Positions 25,458 through 39,261 of a stretch of DNA of 64,000 bases are shown piece by piece (the first letter of the stretch is position 1; every line of letters starts with the position of its first letter). The DNA comes from Vermamoeba vermiformis (taxonomy: Eukaryota). The stretch spans positions 372,001-436,000 of the forward strand of contig JBEWZL010000152.1 of assembly GCA_045837725.1 (NCBI GenBank). The letters run 5' to 3'. The notes beneath the pieces were generated by a model, which worked only from the letters and a program-made list of their open reading frames with translations, did not search any database and was not told where the DNA came from. The position numbers and the translations under genes were made by a program.

Positions 25458-26425
25458 ATGCAAGCCAGCAACAAGTCTTCACCTTCCTCGAGCCCCGTCG
25501 TTGAGCGTAAAAGAAACGCCAAGACTGAAGAGTCACGCAAGAAAGGTCATCCCAAGCGACAAGTATGACTCTGAAGTCGGTGACCAAAACGATGCTTCTA
25601 AATGGCTTACTACACCCAATCAAGACATCGTTTCGACACTCCGAGACGTTCTTCGTGGACGCAAGAAGAATCAAAAAGATCTCGCTAGAGAGATTAGAGT
25701 CAGGTGAGTATTATATCCTAAGTCCCGATTAAAACCAATTACATGAAATAATCTGATTATTGGCATTTGCAACTTTACCTTTCTCGTTCTAAATTGTTGC
25801 GCTTCTAACTGCCAAGCAATTGTGTTACTTTATTCACGTGAGAACACCAGTATTCTAACGATTCACTTCATATAGCCCTGCTACCATCAGCTCATATTTC
25901 AAGGCTAAGACAAGAATGAAGGGTTGGTCTAGACTCGAAAAGAAGTTACTCGATTGGATCAAGAATGGCCCTGGCAGCGACGCCGCTAACCACTCAAGCG
26001 CCGAGAGCATGTCAGAAAATGGGAGTAATCCTTCAGATGAAGAAGGATCTTTTTCGGTGCACAGCGAGCCCTCCTCGCCCTTAGATTCGCCTTTGCCCAT
26101 CCGAGCGCAAACCCCTCAACCCAGCCAGGAGATGAACAACAACAACTTGCACATGGAAATCAATAACTTTTACGACTCTGAAGAGCCTAGCTTCCAATAC
26201 TACCCTCCGCCCAACGACGCTCTTGAGAGCTATTTTTACCAATACCCACGTGCGATATCTCCAATTCAAGAGATTGGATTCGGGTTCGATAACCACGCCA
26301 TCTCCCAATACGACTCTTCATTCCACTACCATTCCGCCACCCCTCCCCCTGCCTTCCAACAAATTAAAGTCGACGATTTTGTTCAGTTTGTTAATACCCG
26401 ACTGAGCTACATGTCACCCTTGTAA
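25458..26425 (+). CDS. Putative HTH (lambda-repressor/Cro-like) transcription factor with acidic/Pro-rich C-terminus; N-terminus ambiguous
   Basis: Spliced LRDVLRGRKKNQKDLAREIRV|SPATISSYFKAKTRMKGWSRLEKKLLDWI, followed by a low-complexity S/P/Y/D-rich tail. Confidence 0.6.
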
Positions 26426-26717
26426 AATAGAATCAAACAAAATTTTGTGATAGTAATGTACATTAGATGTTAATAATAAAACCCCCCCTTGTATTTATTA
26501 AACTAAACTTTGCCTCTTCAAATCGGTTTTACTCCAAATGGATAAAAGCAACGTCTAACTCCGTGCCTGGATCTGATTGTGGAGTGGAATAACACAAACT
26601 GCTCCAGGCTTAAATAATGTGAACACAAAATGTATGTAATTCGCTTCATTGTTTAATCTCGAAAGCGGAAAAACACGGTGTGAAACATAAAATTGTTTCG
26701 ATCTGATCTTGGTTGTT

Positions 26718-29700
26718 CTACATCCACTTCTTGTTGAGCTCTCGTCTCTTAGACACACGCTTGACAGAAATAGTAAGTACTACGATGATAGCCATGACAC
26801 CGATCAAGACACCGTAGCTGAAATCAGGTGACAGGCGGTCGTAAGTGCGTGACGGAGCAACAGGCACAAAGAACAAGTCCGTGCCGTACGCTAGCATGAC
26901 ACTTGTGCTCTCTAACAGCGTGGGGTTCGTGACGATACCGGCTAGGTTCTGGACCTAAAGAATGAAAGATATTTAAGACTTATTGAAACAGATTTGATAT
27001 TTTTTAAGATCTGCCAACGTGAGCACTAATTAATGTGCTTTTCGAACAGTTTGTGATATCGGAAACTGTACACTAGTAAACATGTAATATTACGGACGGA
27101 ATTGAGGTTAATTAATCTATCAGTAAAGACGGGAATTTGGTTCTTTTGGCACAAAATGGATGTGAATTTTTTAGTCGGCAATTGTTTCTTGAAACAGTTT
27201 AAGCCGGATATTATGATCATCGTATGCACACACATATATGGCGCCAATTATTAAATAATTTGACAGTGCATAAGTGCCGACAAAGAAAAATTTCTGACAT
27301 TCGAAACGAGGGACGGGAGTATACTTACCGTGCGACTGTAACTGACATATTGACGCGGATTATACGGCAGTATTGGCATGTAGGGCAATATACCGCGATC
27401 TTTATCCTCCTGCTTCATTTCATTAGGTGGGACACGTCGCGAATCCAAGAAGCGCTTGTCGAGAGAGTAGATTTGACCATTTTCCAAGCCAACTAAATGA
27501 AAGTGTCAGTTCAAAGGCGGAACAATAAGATTCGATAGGCGCGTCACATTAATTAAAATGAAACTGCACCGACACTTACGAAGAACATGCGTGTTTGTGA
27601 TACCGTAGTGCGTAGCTGTCGGCTGCATGACACGCACACCTCGCGGATTGATGTAGCTCTGCGACTCGAAGGTGTCAGGATAAACGTCTTCGTGGTCATA
27701 AGAGCTGAAGGTGTGTTGAGCGCGGTCATCATTGTAATACATCTCGATGACACTGATTTCGTGCTGCTGAGTCTTGCTGTTCCAGTACTGATAGGCCACC
27801 CAATAGTCCTTGGCAACAATGTTGACGGGACCGTGTGCGGAGCTGTGATGGACTTGGTGCAACAATTGTCCGGTGACCGTGTCAATCAAAAGCAGATCTA
27901 GCTCTTCTTCGCCTTCACTCTCCTCGGTATCAACGACAGCCAAGGCCAAGAGATTGGGGTTCAAGTAGAAGTACTTTTGAGTCAAGACAGAGCCAGGACG
28001 AGCGGACTGATAAATGTTGACTTGATTGTGCGCGGCGACCACGTGACGATGAGCCCCGAACAACTTCTGCCACACGGGCACTGCAGCAGTCTCGCTCTGA
28101 CCGCTCGGCACAGTGTAGCCTGTCACAGAGCCGGCCTTCTCGTCGATTTGATAGAAGAAGATGTGCTCTCTGTTCTTTTGCACCAAGCCGCGAGTCTCGT
28201 CGTTGTCAGGATAGATGTGCACCTGCATTGAATAGTGAGTCTATGTGACACGTGGTGAATCCTAAACTGACGTACATTTTTCTTATTGTCAATCAACAAC
28301 AGCACGGATCTGTACTCGTTGTCGTGGAAGGGCAATTGCACCACTTGATCGAGATCGTAAGTCAATTGAATGTCCCGGATAACTTGACCAGTGTGCGGGT
28401 TCATATGGCGCAAGAAACCACGTGACGTCTGAATAATGTATTATCTAGTTAATCACTGACATGACGACTTGACTGATTTAATGCCGTTGCATACCTTGGT
28501 ATTGGTACCGACAATCACTACTTCGGGAGGATAGTGAATGGCTTTCTTGATGACGTAGACTTGTTGCAGATCCAAATCCGGAATATATTGTCTCCACAGC
28601 ACACGACCTCCGTTGCTGTGAATGGCATAGATACTCGAATACTTAGTAATGGCGATAATAACTTTCTTGAAACCAAACTCGTCCTTGATGAGCAGATCTT
28701 CCTCACGTTCTTGAACTCTTTCGCGGCGAGTGGCTTGAGGCTGGACCAGATCCATAACCGTCTTTTGGATGGCATTGAAATCTAAGTACTGCTTGATAAC
28801 CGATAGATCCTGTATTGAATTAAGCCGTCAATGAAAGATTCTGCAATATTCGCAAAGTACTAGGTAAAGCAATGAATACCAATAAGGAAATCAATTTAGA
28901 ATGGCCAGAATCATTTTGAATTCCGATAAATCATTCGCGTAAATCGTACGGGTAATCCCCGGTGAATAAGCACACGTGTTCCGATAGAATCAAGCTCGAT
29001 CACACTACGTACCAACAGGGATTGAGCGGCCGTGTCACGAGGTCTTGGGGCACAATCGACAATACGAGCTGATGTGACTGCAGCAGGTGTGTTCAAAGTC
29101 CAGCGCGGCGAGGGCTTGGCACTGAGTTCGAGGGCTTGAGCAGTGCCATCAGCAGCTGAGATAATCAAGAGTGGCACTGAGCCTGCTTGAGAAGTCAAGG
29201 CCAAGTGTTGCACGGCAGCACCAGTCTCAGACTTGTATTGGTGCTTGGTGACTTGTGCTGTGCTTCCCAGCTGCACTACGATCAACGAATCCTGTTTGAC
29301 GCGTGTCAAGAAAAGATTGTGTTTGCAAGTTCACTGACTGAACGTACCCCGACATGCGCTGCGATATACTTGGTCTCACCACTCACGGCGACATTAGAAA
29401 CTGTAACAGTCTATGCGCAGTGTTAGTAAGGGACGGTGAATAATGAAATAGTCTTACGTTCTGGAAGTCGTGGACAGGTGTCAAAGTGTCACCCTTCACT
29501 TGAAGGATTGATACGGAACCTTGGCTAACAATAGCTACACCATTGGAGAGCTCAATGTCGCGCAATTGATCGACGCGCTGTGAGGTAATTAATAAGATTA
29601 CGATCTATGATCAATACTTGCCTTGACAGTGTGAGACTTGACAGCTGTCGTGCCTCGTTTGAACCAGTAGACAGTGTCAGTGCGAGATGTAGTGAAGAAG

Positions 29701-30734
29701 GTGTAGTCCTCAGCCTGCACAGCACTAGTGATAGCCTCAGTGGGACCGTTAGTGAGATCAATGGTCTGCAAAGTGACTGCTTTCTTGTCTTCAACTTTGA
29801 TCTCCAACACAACGGGGCCTTTAGTGCCGTGACCTAATGCGATGAATTGGCGTGTCTCGTGACGAGCAGTGACAGCACTCAACTTGACTGTGGGCCTAGA
29901 AGGGTGTTACAAGGTAAACATCTTGTGCTCAATAGGTCGATCAAGTGACATACTGTTTGGACTCCCACACGAGTGAACCGTCAGCTGCCAGGACTTTGAT
30001 GTGATGTTGTGTCACCAGTGCGGTGAAAGTACCTTCAACTTTGAGTGCCAGAGCTGCACTGTCCACCACACTGTTGTCACAAGTTGATTAGTTCTAATGT
30101 CACGTACAATTATCACAGTACCTCTCTGACTCGCGCCACAAGAAAGAACCCTCGTAGTTGAAAGCAAAGGTCGATTTGTCAGTCGTGGCAACAATCACTA
30201 AGTCAACGGATCAATGCTCAATGTTATACACGTGCGTGTAACTGAATCCACTACTTACCGCCTGGATGTACTTGTAGGCCTGTAATTTGTTCAGAGAGGG
30301 ACTGTCTCCACTCTAATAGCAATTATTTATCGGTTAATATCGAGTAATACGTGAGTCTATGCCGCAGATCTTACCCGGATCAGAATTGAGCTTCAATGAT
30401 GCAATGACATTTTCCTCAGTCGAAACAATAATTCTATTTTTCTGTCCTTGTAATCCGAATCCAATATGATTAATTCTGCCCAAGCCTTGAATGTACCTAA
30501 TCAAAAATAATTATTAGTAATTTTTTTCGGGTCTTTGTCATCGCGCCTGCTCTTGATTGTCGTCAATAATTCATTTAAAATTAATTATTAATATTACAGC
30601 GCCAATAGAGCGAGACACTATGTTAAAAGAGCGACGCACCAGTCATTCAAGCCAATTTCGTCTTCGTAGAGGGCCAACGAACTGCAGAAAAATAGGGCCG
30701 CTACTAATAAATATGCCTTTATGTTGCCCTTCAT
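26718..30734 (-). CDS. EMC1: ER membrane protein complex subunit 1
   Basis: Signal peptide followed by ALYEDEIGLNDW. Also KDEFGFKKVII, YLNPNLL, LIDTVTG, YWVAYQYWN, DKRFLDSRR, LESTSVMLAYGTDLFF..APSRTYDRL, and a C-terminal TM helix with basic tail. Confidence 0.92.
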
Positions 30735-30862
30735 TGTTATTTGCTGCATCAATCGCTGACACGCGCCGGTCAATTTTTAGTCAGAAAAGTTTGCGATCCA
30801 AAACACGGTTCATTTTTATTTTGAATCCATACAACCAACAACACCGATACTGCAATATATCA

Positions 30863-32092
30863 ATGATGGATCGTCGTATTGCAGTAGTCTGTGCTTCCAA
30901 CCAGAACAGAAGTATGGAAACGCATGCGCTGTTAGTCAAGAAGGGCTTCAAGCACGTCTCTTCCTTCGGCACAAATTCGCAGGTAAAGCTGCCGGGCACT
31001 GCACCTGACAAGCCTGTTGTATTCGACTTCAGTGTGCCATACACACAGATGTATGACCACTTGAAACAAATTGACGAAGAATTGTATCCTGTCATTGATA
31101 ATATTACTTATAACAATTTCACTCGAATTTGTTAATTATGGCGCAAATTGAATAGCGCTCTATTTTTTAATTTATTTTTCAATTTTCGGCGTTAATTTCA
31201 GTCAGACCATTTCCCTTAACTCAAAATTAACCACAAAAGATTCCGCGAAAAAGGACTGTTATCTATGTTGCTGCGAAATAGCAAGGTCAAAGAACGACCA
31301 CAACGATTTCAAGACGAAAAGACAGAACAGTTTGAGATCGTAATTACATTTGAAGAGCGAGTGTTTGATATTGTGGTTGAAGGTAAGTCTATTAACATTA
31401 ATTCGATATTATCCTCGTTTAAACTGGAACAGACCTTGAAATGTTGACACGCCTCCACCATTACATCATTTTTCTTATTATTAGTCGCGAATAATACGAG
31501 ATATTAATCGTTCAATATTTATATAAGACATCCATTTGTCGACTCTATATTAAAATCGCATTGTTTGCTAATAATAACGTGCGGTTCTATTACAGATCTG
31601 AGTACACGCGAGTCAGTGACAAGTGACCCAGTACATGTGATCAATATCACCGTCAAAGATAATCACGAAGAGGCTATTATCGGCTCAATGCAGGTCTATG
31701 ACTTTTTAATGATGGTAATGCTCCCCTATAAACTGCAACAGATCCGCTTGTTTGTAACAAGAGAACTGCTGTTCACCTTTGACAGTGAATACACTTACTT
31801 CTCTATATTGCTGCCGTCTTATTATACTCGAGTTTGTTACTGAATGCCTTGCAAATTTCAAACGATCGTAGCTTGGCATGGTTGGGTGCGGGTACTGAAG
31901 ACAGATCCGCACTAACTCCTGTGACGGAATACCGCTTTTAGATTACACAACAAGCATTGAACATTGGCTGATTATATTATTTAATAGATACACGAAGCAG
32001 GAGATGAATGGCAAGATCGGATCGACGAAATTATTGAAGAATATCAAGCCAAATTGAAGAAACCCGTTTTGCACTCTGTACATTTTTACTAA
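30863..32092 (+). CDS. SSU72: RNA polymerase II CTD phosphatase Ssu72
   Basis: AVVCASNQNRSMETH catalytic motif, SSFGTNSQVKLPG, VITFEERVFDIVVE, HVINITVKDNHEEA, C-terminal LHSVHFY*. Confidence 0.95.
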
Positions 32093-32216
32093 TAAAATTA
32101 GTTTGCGGATTCATATGCTCGTTCTAATGCGAATTATTGCTGGAACAAAAGTTTGGATCGCGGATACAGATGAGGATATTTTTTATTATTTATTTTTCGG
32201 TCAAGCTAAACACAGC

Positions 32217-32951
32217 TTAGAATCTCAACTTAGTGAAGAACCATTTGTTAGTACCAGCATTGAACTTTTGTTGGAATTGCTCCTTAATTTGATTCTTGAG
32301 CTTGGTCTTCTTGGCGGCATCCAAAGCATCATCCTTTCCAGCAGCGAACAAGTTCTTGGCTTCAAATTCCAAGTTGTATCTGTTAATTATTTTTGATTAA
32401 TCCTCCATTCATTCAATAAACAGGCGTAAAAGAAAAGAAACAGATCGTGATAATTAATAATAAAATAATTATTACCTGGTGGGCATGAGGTGGTTGTAGT
32501 TCATCACCTTGACGAAAGGCTTAACGCGGGTTCTGCGAGAAATCTTTCTGCGGGTCATGGCCTTAGTGACCTTCAAGGGGGCCTTGTCGACACCAGCGAG
32601 GATGGCGTGACCGTAGGCGCGCTTGGTGTTAGTGTTACCCTCATCGAAGTTCTTCAAAATAACGGCTTTACGGCCAGCGAATTTACCGCGAGTAACGATG
32701 ACGACCTTACCAGGCTTCAAACTGTAAAAATAATAATCATCAATAATTATAATTGAAAAATATCATAGTAAAAATAATTGCATCATGTGTATTTATGTAA
32801 TATAGATGCTGTATAAATTATTTAGAGCAATAATAATTGGATTTGGCATCGTTGGTAGATGAAGATGCCGATTACAAAAGAAAATATCCACAAATGCTCT
32901 ATCTACAACATCGCGATAATCTTCGTCGACAAATACATACAACTTGACCAT
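32217..32951 (-). CDS. RPL27: 60S ribosomal protein eL27
   Basis: [25 protein letters not shown]...[18 protein letters not shown]...[10 protein letters not shown]. Confidence 0.97.
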
Positions 32952-33134
32952 TTTTATGGGCTGCTGATGTTTATGGCTCTAGGAGTGGAACAAAAAAGAT
33001 TGGGCACGATGGGAAACCAAAACTGAGGGGCAAAAATTTCCAGCCAATTTTTTTCCGAAGGATTTTTTCGGACCAAAACTGAAACGAGTGCCGAACTACT
33101 CGTCATTTGTAGAACTCGTAACTTCACTTCAACC

Positions 33135-35064
33135 ATGGCGGATGAAGTAAAAGAAGGTAATGTTATCATATCAGTATTAGTAAGTTCGCTAATGTCTTGT
33201 GATAGAGTACATCCCTCTCGATCTGAATAACGCTCCCGAGGAGGAGCGTGACGATAGAATGCACGAGAGTTCAAATAATAGACAAGAGGATGAAGACGAA
33301 AAATCAGAAAATGAACACCACGTCGGCAAAGACAATTCAGTTTATGTGGTAAGGATCTATTATTAATTTATTTTACTATTTCAATGCGCTTTTTTGTGGC
33401 CACAAATATATCGCCCCTTTTCTACCAGTAGTGGACTAATTATATTTATTTTTTAGTCCGAAATAGCTCGTGGTACAAGTGACGAAGAGCTCCAAAAGGC
33501 GTTTGAAAAGTGCGCGCCCGTTAAAGAAGCCTTCGTAGTTAGAAACAAATACACTAAAGAGACTAAGGGTATGTTATCACACACCAACATTATATGAAGC
33601 TAACAACGGCTAAAGGTTTTGGATTTGTTACATTTTTCAACAAAGAGGACATGTTCAAGTGCATTGATTGGGACACATTGCCTCGCTTCAAAGACAAGCA
33701 AACAGGGCGCATGTAAGTCTACCAAGCGTGTGATGACCGATTTATCGATATGAATAACGGCTACACTGCGTTTATTCACGAATATGGGCCTAATAACTGA
33801 TTAAATAATGATATCAAGGCAAGTTGTTAAAATAACGCCGGCTGATCCAAAAAATACACTACATATTGGCAATATACCCAAAAACGTTACAGAAGAGGAA
33901 TTAAAACAACACGTATTAACCTATGGCAAGGTATCAATAGCTCCAGCTAATAGAAATAACTCAATTAAGTCATGAGTAGAATGACACCACTGCAGTACTT
34001 AACAGCGATAATAATAATTTATAACAGGAACCCTTTGAAGAATTTGAATTGTGCACTGACGCTGATGGCAAGCCCAAGGGCTACGCGTGGGTGAAGTTTA
34101 AGGACCACGATCAAGCCTTGAAGACAATGAAAGCGCTCAAGAAGGGCACATTCCAAGGCAAAGTGTTATACGTGTCATTTGCCGAGCCTCGTGTTGTTGA
34201 CAGCCGATTGATGTAAGTCCAATGCTGGTGTCTTGCAGCACAGCCACTGACACGTGTCACAGCGAGAGTGTTAAGTCACTCTTTGTCAAGAATGTGGCGT
34301 CATCAGTGAACGAAGCACAGTTGATGACACTGTTCGGTGGGTCAGTCGAGAAAGTCGTCATTCCTCTTGACAAGAAGCGACGCGTGCCTCTCGGGTAAGT
34401 GGCGAAAGTGATGTTGCACTAAGGTTGTTATACTAACTGCGAGCACTAGTCACGCATTTGTACATTTCCGATCGCGCGAAGAGGCCAATGACGCCATGAC
34501 ACAGTTCAACGGCTACGAGCTCGAAGGACGCAGACTGACCATTGAGTGGTGCATTCCTCAAGGTGTGCAGCGCAATCAAAAGAAGTCCACCAAGCCAGTC
34601 AACTACGGCATGCCTTACCCGCCCATGCCTCATCACCACGCAGCGCCTTACCCTGGCTACTTCTACGGCTATCCACCTCCTGGCCCTGCACCGTGGCCTG
34701 CTCGTGCCAACACGCACGCACACGGCGCAATGCCTCCTCATCACATGACACCGCGACCAGCGCAGGGCATGGAACATCATCACAAGGCCCCGGCCAACTA
34801 TCAGGGCTACGACTACTGGCCCAGCTACGGCAAACCTCCCACTGACCGTGATCAGCGCGGTGCTTAGTAAGTGCTGCACTAGGAGTCTCGTGCGAGAGAT
34901 TCAGTGAATGTGCGGTTCAGTGAACTAATTGGTTGTTTGACAGTGCTGCCCCGCAATACGGCCAATACTACGCAGCTTATCCGCCCACGTCAATGATGTA
35001 CCCGGGCTATCCTCCTTCATCAGCCTCAACTGCTGCGTCTAAGTCGCGTTATCGTCCCTATTAA
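33135..35064 (+). CDS. Triple-RRM RNA-binding protein (hnRNP R/Q-like) with Pro/Tyr-rich tail and PY-NLS-like end
   Basis: RNP motifs TKGFGFVTF, LHIGNIP..PKGYAWVKF, LFVKNV..GHAFVHF; ends SKSRYRPY*. Confidence 0.85.
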
Positions 35065-35216
35065 TCTGTATTCAATTTAATTGACCTCTATTCGCTGGTC
35101 TTCGTGTTAATAAAATTTTGTTTTGGATGTATTTTGTTTGTTAGCACAGCCGAGCACAAGCAACACAGCTCGATTTTAGTAGAAAATAGTTTGTTTGATA
35201 GCAGTATATTGCAGTA

Positions 35217-36543
35217 ATGTCCACGTTTAGAAACAGAGACGAGCCGAACTCAGGACCCGACGATCCAGAGTTGTTGGCATTATTGACTGAACAAGGCATT
35301 AATATCCCTGGCAAAGATGATAATAGTGATATCAGAGACGAGGACTCTGGCGAGGAAAAAGAGAGCAGAAGGGTAGATCCGATTTCTATTAAAACAAAAA
35401 AAATTCAGAAAATCAATTTGACTTGATATCGACTCAACTAATACTCCACGCGATATATATGTACCCAATGATTAATAGAAAATTATTAGGTTCAAGCACA
35501 AGAATCTCGCAGTATGAGAGAACCAGTCATGCGCAAAGAAGGCAACACGGGTGTAAAAGGAGTTATTAACGATTATAAGGACGCCAAAGAGCGAATGGTT
35601 ATTCAGTAAGTATTGATATTAGCGCAACAATCGCTCGATTGAATGAGTGACACTTGGTGGATCTGACGCGTGACTTTAGGGACCAAATTGAGCGCTTGAA
35701 GACACTTGCATTCCTCGATAGACATATGCACACTGTCAAAAGTGTTAATGAAGAAGAAGAGGAGGTACGTCGTCCTAGAGGTATATACATTGAGCTAGAT
35801 CTGATTGTTGGATGTACCTAGAAACAACTTGGCTTGGATGAATTGGACGACGAAGAATTCTGGCGTAAATATAGGGAAGACCGAATGAAAGAGTTGAAAC
35901 AAGATACCCAGAAGCCAGCACAAGTACAGAAAGTAAGCTGAATAAGTGAATTGGATCTGAGCGTTTGTACTGACTTGAATACGAGGTCATTGAGCGCAGT
36001 GGTCGATTTGGACAGTTGTTACCGGTGACACAAGACACATTCGTCGAATTTGTCGAGAAAGAGAACCCTTCAGTGGTGATTATCATTCATTTGTATCAGA
36101 CCGTAAGTGCCGCCACATCTGCTCTGAGACACGATTTTAATTTCCATTAATAGCATCTACGAGCATGCACACGTATGAACGAGTGTCTTAAGAATCTCAG
36201 CGAGCGATATTTCAACGTTAAATTTGCGAAGATGATCTCGACTGGTATGCGGCCTTAAAAAGGCTTATTATTGCACTTATTCGCGTGTTAATTGCAATAA
36301 TTTTACAGAGGCCAAGCAACATTTTGATGAAATCGCACTGCCAGCACTGTTAGTCTATAAGGACTCAAAGCTTGTCAATGTCTATTTGCGCATGGTGGAC
36401 AGCGTTGGATTCAATTTCGATATGGACGATGTAGAAGAGTTTTTGATCGAGTGAGTAATACGAATCATTGTATCTAGCACTATATAACATTTATTTGTCG
36501 CAGGGAGGGAGTCCTGAATCGTCAGTGGGCCAAGTACGAATAA
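35217..36543 (+). CDS. Phosducin-like protein (PhLP1 type)
   Basis: NTGVKGVINDYK, EFWRKYREDRMKEL, VVIIIHLYQ, VKFAKM, ALPALLVYK. Confidence 0.88.
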
Positions 36544-36768
36544 AAGTTCGGATTCGCAGACCGCGATTGTTTGTAAAGGGTCTTTTGTAAATAAAGTCGT
36601 TGTTAATAACGCACGTATATGCTACTAAATGTAATACACCAGAGACCGATTTCTTACCATAATGACTAGCGGTTCTAGTTTGCAAAAAAATTTTTCATGA
36701 ACGATGAAAAAAATCTCAGAGGAGCAAACTAATTCAAAGTAACAATCACTTGCACAAACACACCACAA

Positions 36769-38301
36769 ATGAGTGCTCTTAAAGCTTTATTAGAATCGAC
36801 AGCTGTTGATAGCTTGCCTACGCCAAAGGGCAAAGTGATTGTGATCGACAGTCAATCCACGCTCATTAAAGGCTTCGAGGTATTACTTGCTGCAATAATA
36901 TCAGCACTAAGATAATTATTCCCATTCGGAAGAAAGATATATTGCTTTTTAAAAGCACAAAATCAATTTCAAAAAATATTTTATTTAATGAAAAATAAGA
37001 ATTGCTCGTAATATGAAATATTAATTGATCATTTACAGACACTCCTCGATAATGGAATTTTATCTGCACCAGTATATGATAGCACAGCAAAAACATACAC
37101 AGGATTTTTGGACATCAGAGATTTGGTTTCTTTTGTTGTTTTCGTCCACGACGAGCAAAAAGTGACCGATACCAACACATTGAAAGACATCATTACTCAC
37201 GGTTCCAAATTATTTACTACCCCCACTACCGACGGAGTTACAATTTCATGTAAGTTTTGCTTTTCGGATCAACTTTCCAATTCATTGTGTGTTCAATGGA
37301 AAAATTTTTATTACTCAAATACGCATCTAATTCATATATGCTCGGAATGAAATATTGTACTGGCATTTTCAAGCGTCTAATCAATTGCAGATCTTTCGCG
37401 CCGCAACAAGTTTTTGCCCGTGCAACAAGGCTCATCACTCAGCCAAGCCTTTGAAATCATTGCAACACGTGGCGTGCATCGTGTGCCAGTGGTGGACAGT
37501 CACGGTCAAGTCGTGAACATCATCTCACAATCATCGATCATCAACTTCTTGAGCACACACGTACGTCAATTAATTGCCACTATTATAGTCCCAGCACGAC
37601 TAACAGGCCTATTATTATTATATAGCTGAAGCAGTTGAGTGAATTGACTGAAATCAAGGTGAGTTTCTAAATTTGGTGTTTGACATTACGCACTTGTGGA
37701 TGATTATCCACGGCTACATCTCGCGCTATATCTCGTACTAACCAATCACGTGATCACAGATCGGAGACGCACACTTGGGCTCGCGACCAGTGATTTCAGT
37801 GAACAAAGAAGCCGCGGTCATTGAAGCTTTTCGTGTGATGGACACAAGTCGTCGCAGTGGTGTGGCTTTGACCGACAACAACGGCCGATTGGTCGGCACT
37901 ACGACCGGCAAGGACTTGGGTGTAAGTAGTGCTCGGCGACCACGTGCTTAATCGAGCGGGTCTAATCACGTGACTTTGCAGCTGTTCATTCGCAATCCTA
38001 CTTTGCACGCCCTCGATCACGTGTCAATTTTCAAGTTTTTGGCCGACATTCGCGCACAACAAATTGACATTAAATCACCGACCATTGCTGTCTTTGAACG
38101 TGACACTGTTGGCAAGGCTATTGGCTTGCTGGCTGCTACTAAGTGAGTCGCACCATAACGATTGTGAGCTGGATCCAACTAACTGTTATTGTCAACAGAG
38201 TGCACCGTGTCTTCGTTGTGGACAATGAACACGATTACAAACCAATCGCAGTCATTTCCATTGCTGATGTTTTGAACTATATGATGCTCGGCAAGAAATA
38301 A
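36769..38301 (+). CDS. Four-CBS-domain protein (AMPK-gamma/SDS23-like)
   Basis: ILSAPVYD..YTGFLDIRDL, GVHRVPVVD..NIISQSSII, RSGVALTD, KVHRVFVVD..VISIADVL. Confidence 0.85.
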
Positions 38302-38447
38302 CGGCTGCAACTTGTAACTCTAACAACCCTTAATAATATTTGAAACGAACACGCGATGAATGGTGTGTACTCAACGCGAAGTGGCATCATTCGATAATTT
38401 TTAAAGTTTTATTTACACCAATAAACTCAACTTGCTTTTGAGCTTAA

Positions 38448-39223
38448 TTACAGTTTGTACAAGTACTCGCCTGATTGTGTCAGATAGCGCACCCACGGCA
38501 CTGCTTTGTAACCACTCTTCTCGAGCACTTTCAACTGTCTGATTTGCAGCCCTGAAGCAGTGACGTAAGGAATGTCAAACGAGATGCTGATTGGTCGGCG
38601 TGAGCTGTCTTCAGTGCTCACTGAGGACAGGCCAAAGTGTGCTTGCAGCGTCACTTCTTGCGCTCCTTGCAAGTGCTTGATCTTCCACACCATGGTATTG
38701 TGTGCTGGCTCGTAGGACGCCTTGCCAACACTCGCCTGCACGGGATGATGAGTACTATGGCGGCGGATAGGTACGATACTACTATACCTTTAGCTGTGGT
38801 GAGTCGCAGTCAGCTGGCACGGGTATGTTGATGACAATATCGTTGGCCGTGGATCGTGATTTGAACTGCGCTTTGGCTTTGATCAAATACTCCACTCTGC
38901 TGCCCGGATGAGAGTCAATGACACATTCGAGCTGGATCAGTGGCTTGAGTGGTTTGAATAGGCGATAAGTCATCAGTTCGAATTCTCCATCGGGAGGTAT
39001 GAAGGCGAGTATACTAATGTGTGATTAGAATGAAGCTCAGCGAGGTTGTTGACATACCCTTGCTCCTCAAATGGCATGACACGAACACATTGATGAAGTT
39101 TGACATCTGCCACTTCAATGTCTTTACACTTTTGAATATCAGAAGTGCCATCTATTCACATGTTACCATTATTTAAAATTGTAGTTAGTCTTTTTTTTTT
39201 TTGGTTTTTTTTGTTTTTTTTTT

Positions 39224-39261
<38 letters not shown>

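Noticed and set aside
30557-30862. Long N-terminal extension of SSU72 in ORF 30557..31135
   Set aside because: Overlaps EMC1 exon 1 antisense; conserved Ssu72 begins at MMDRRIAVVC (30863).
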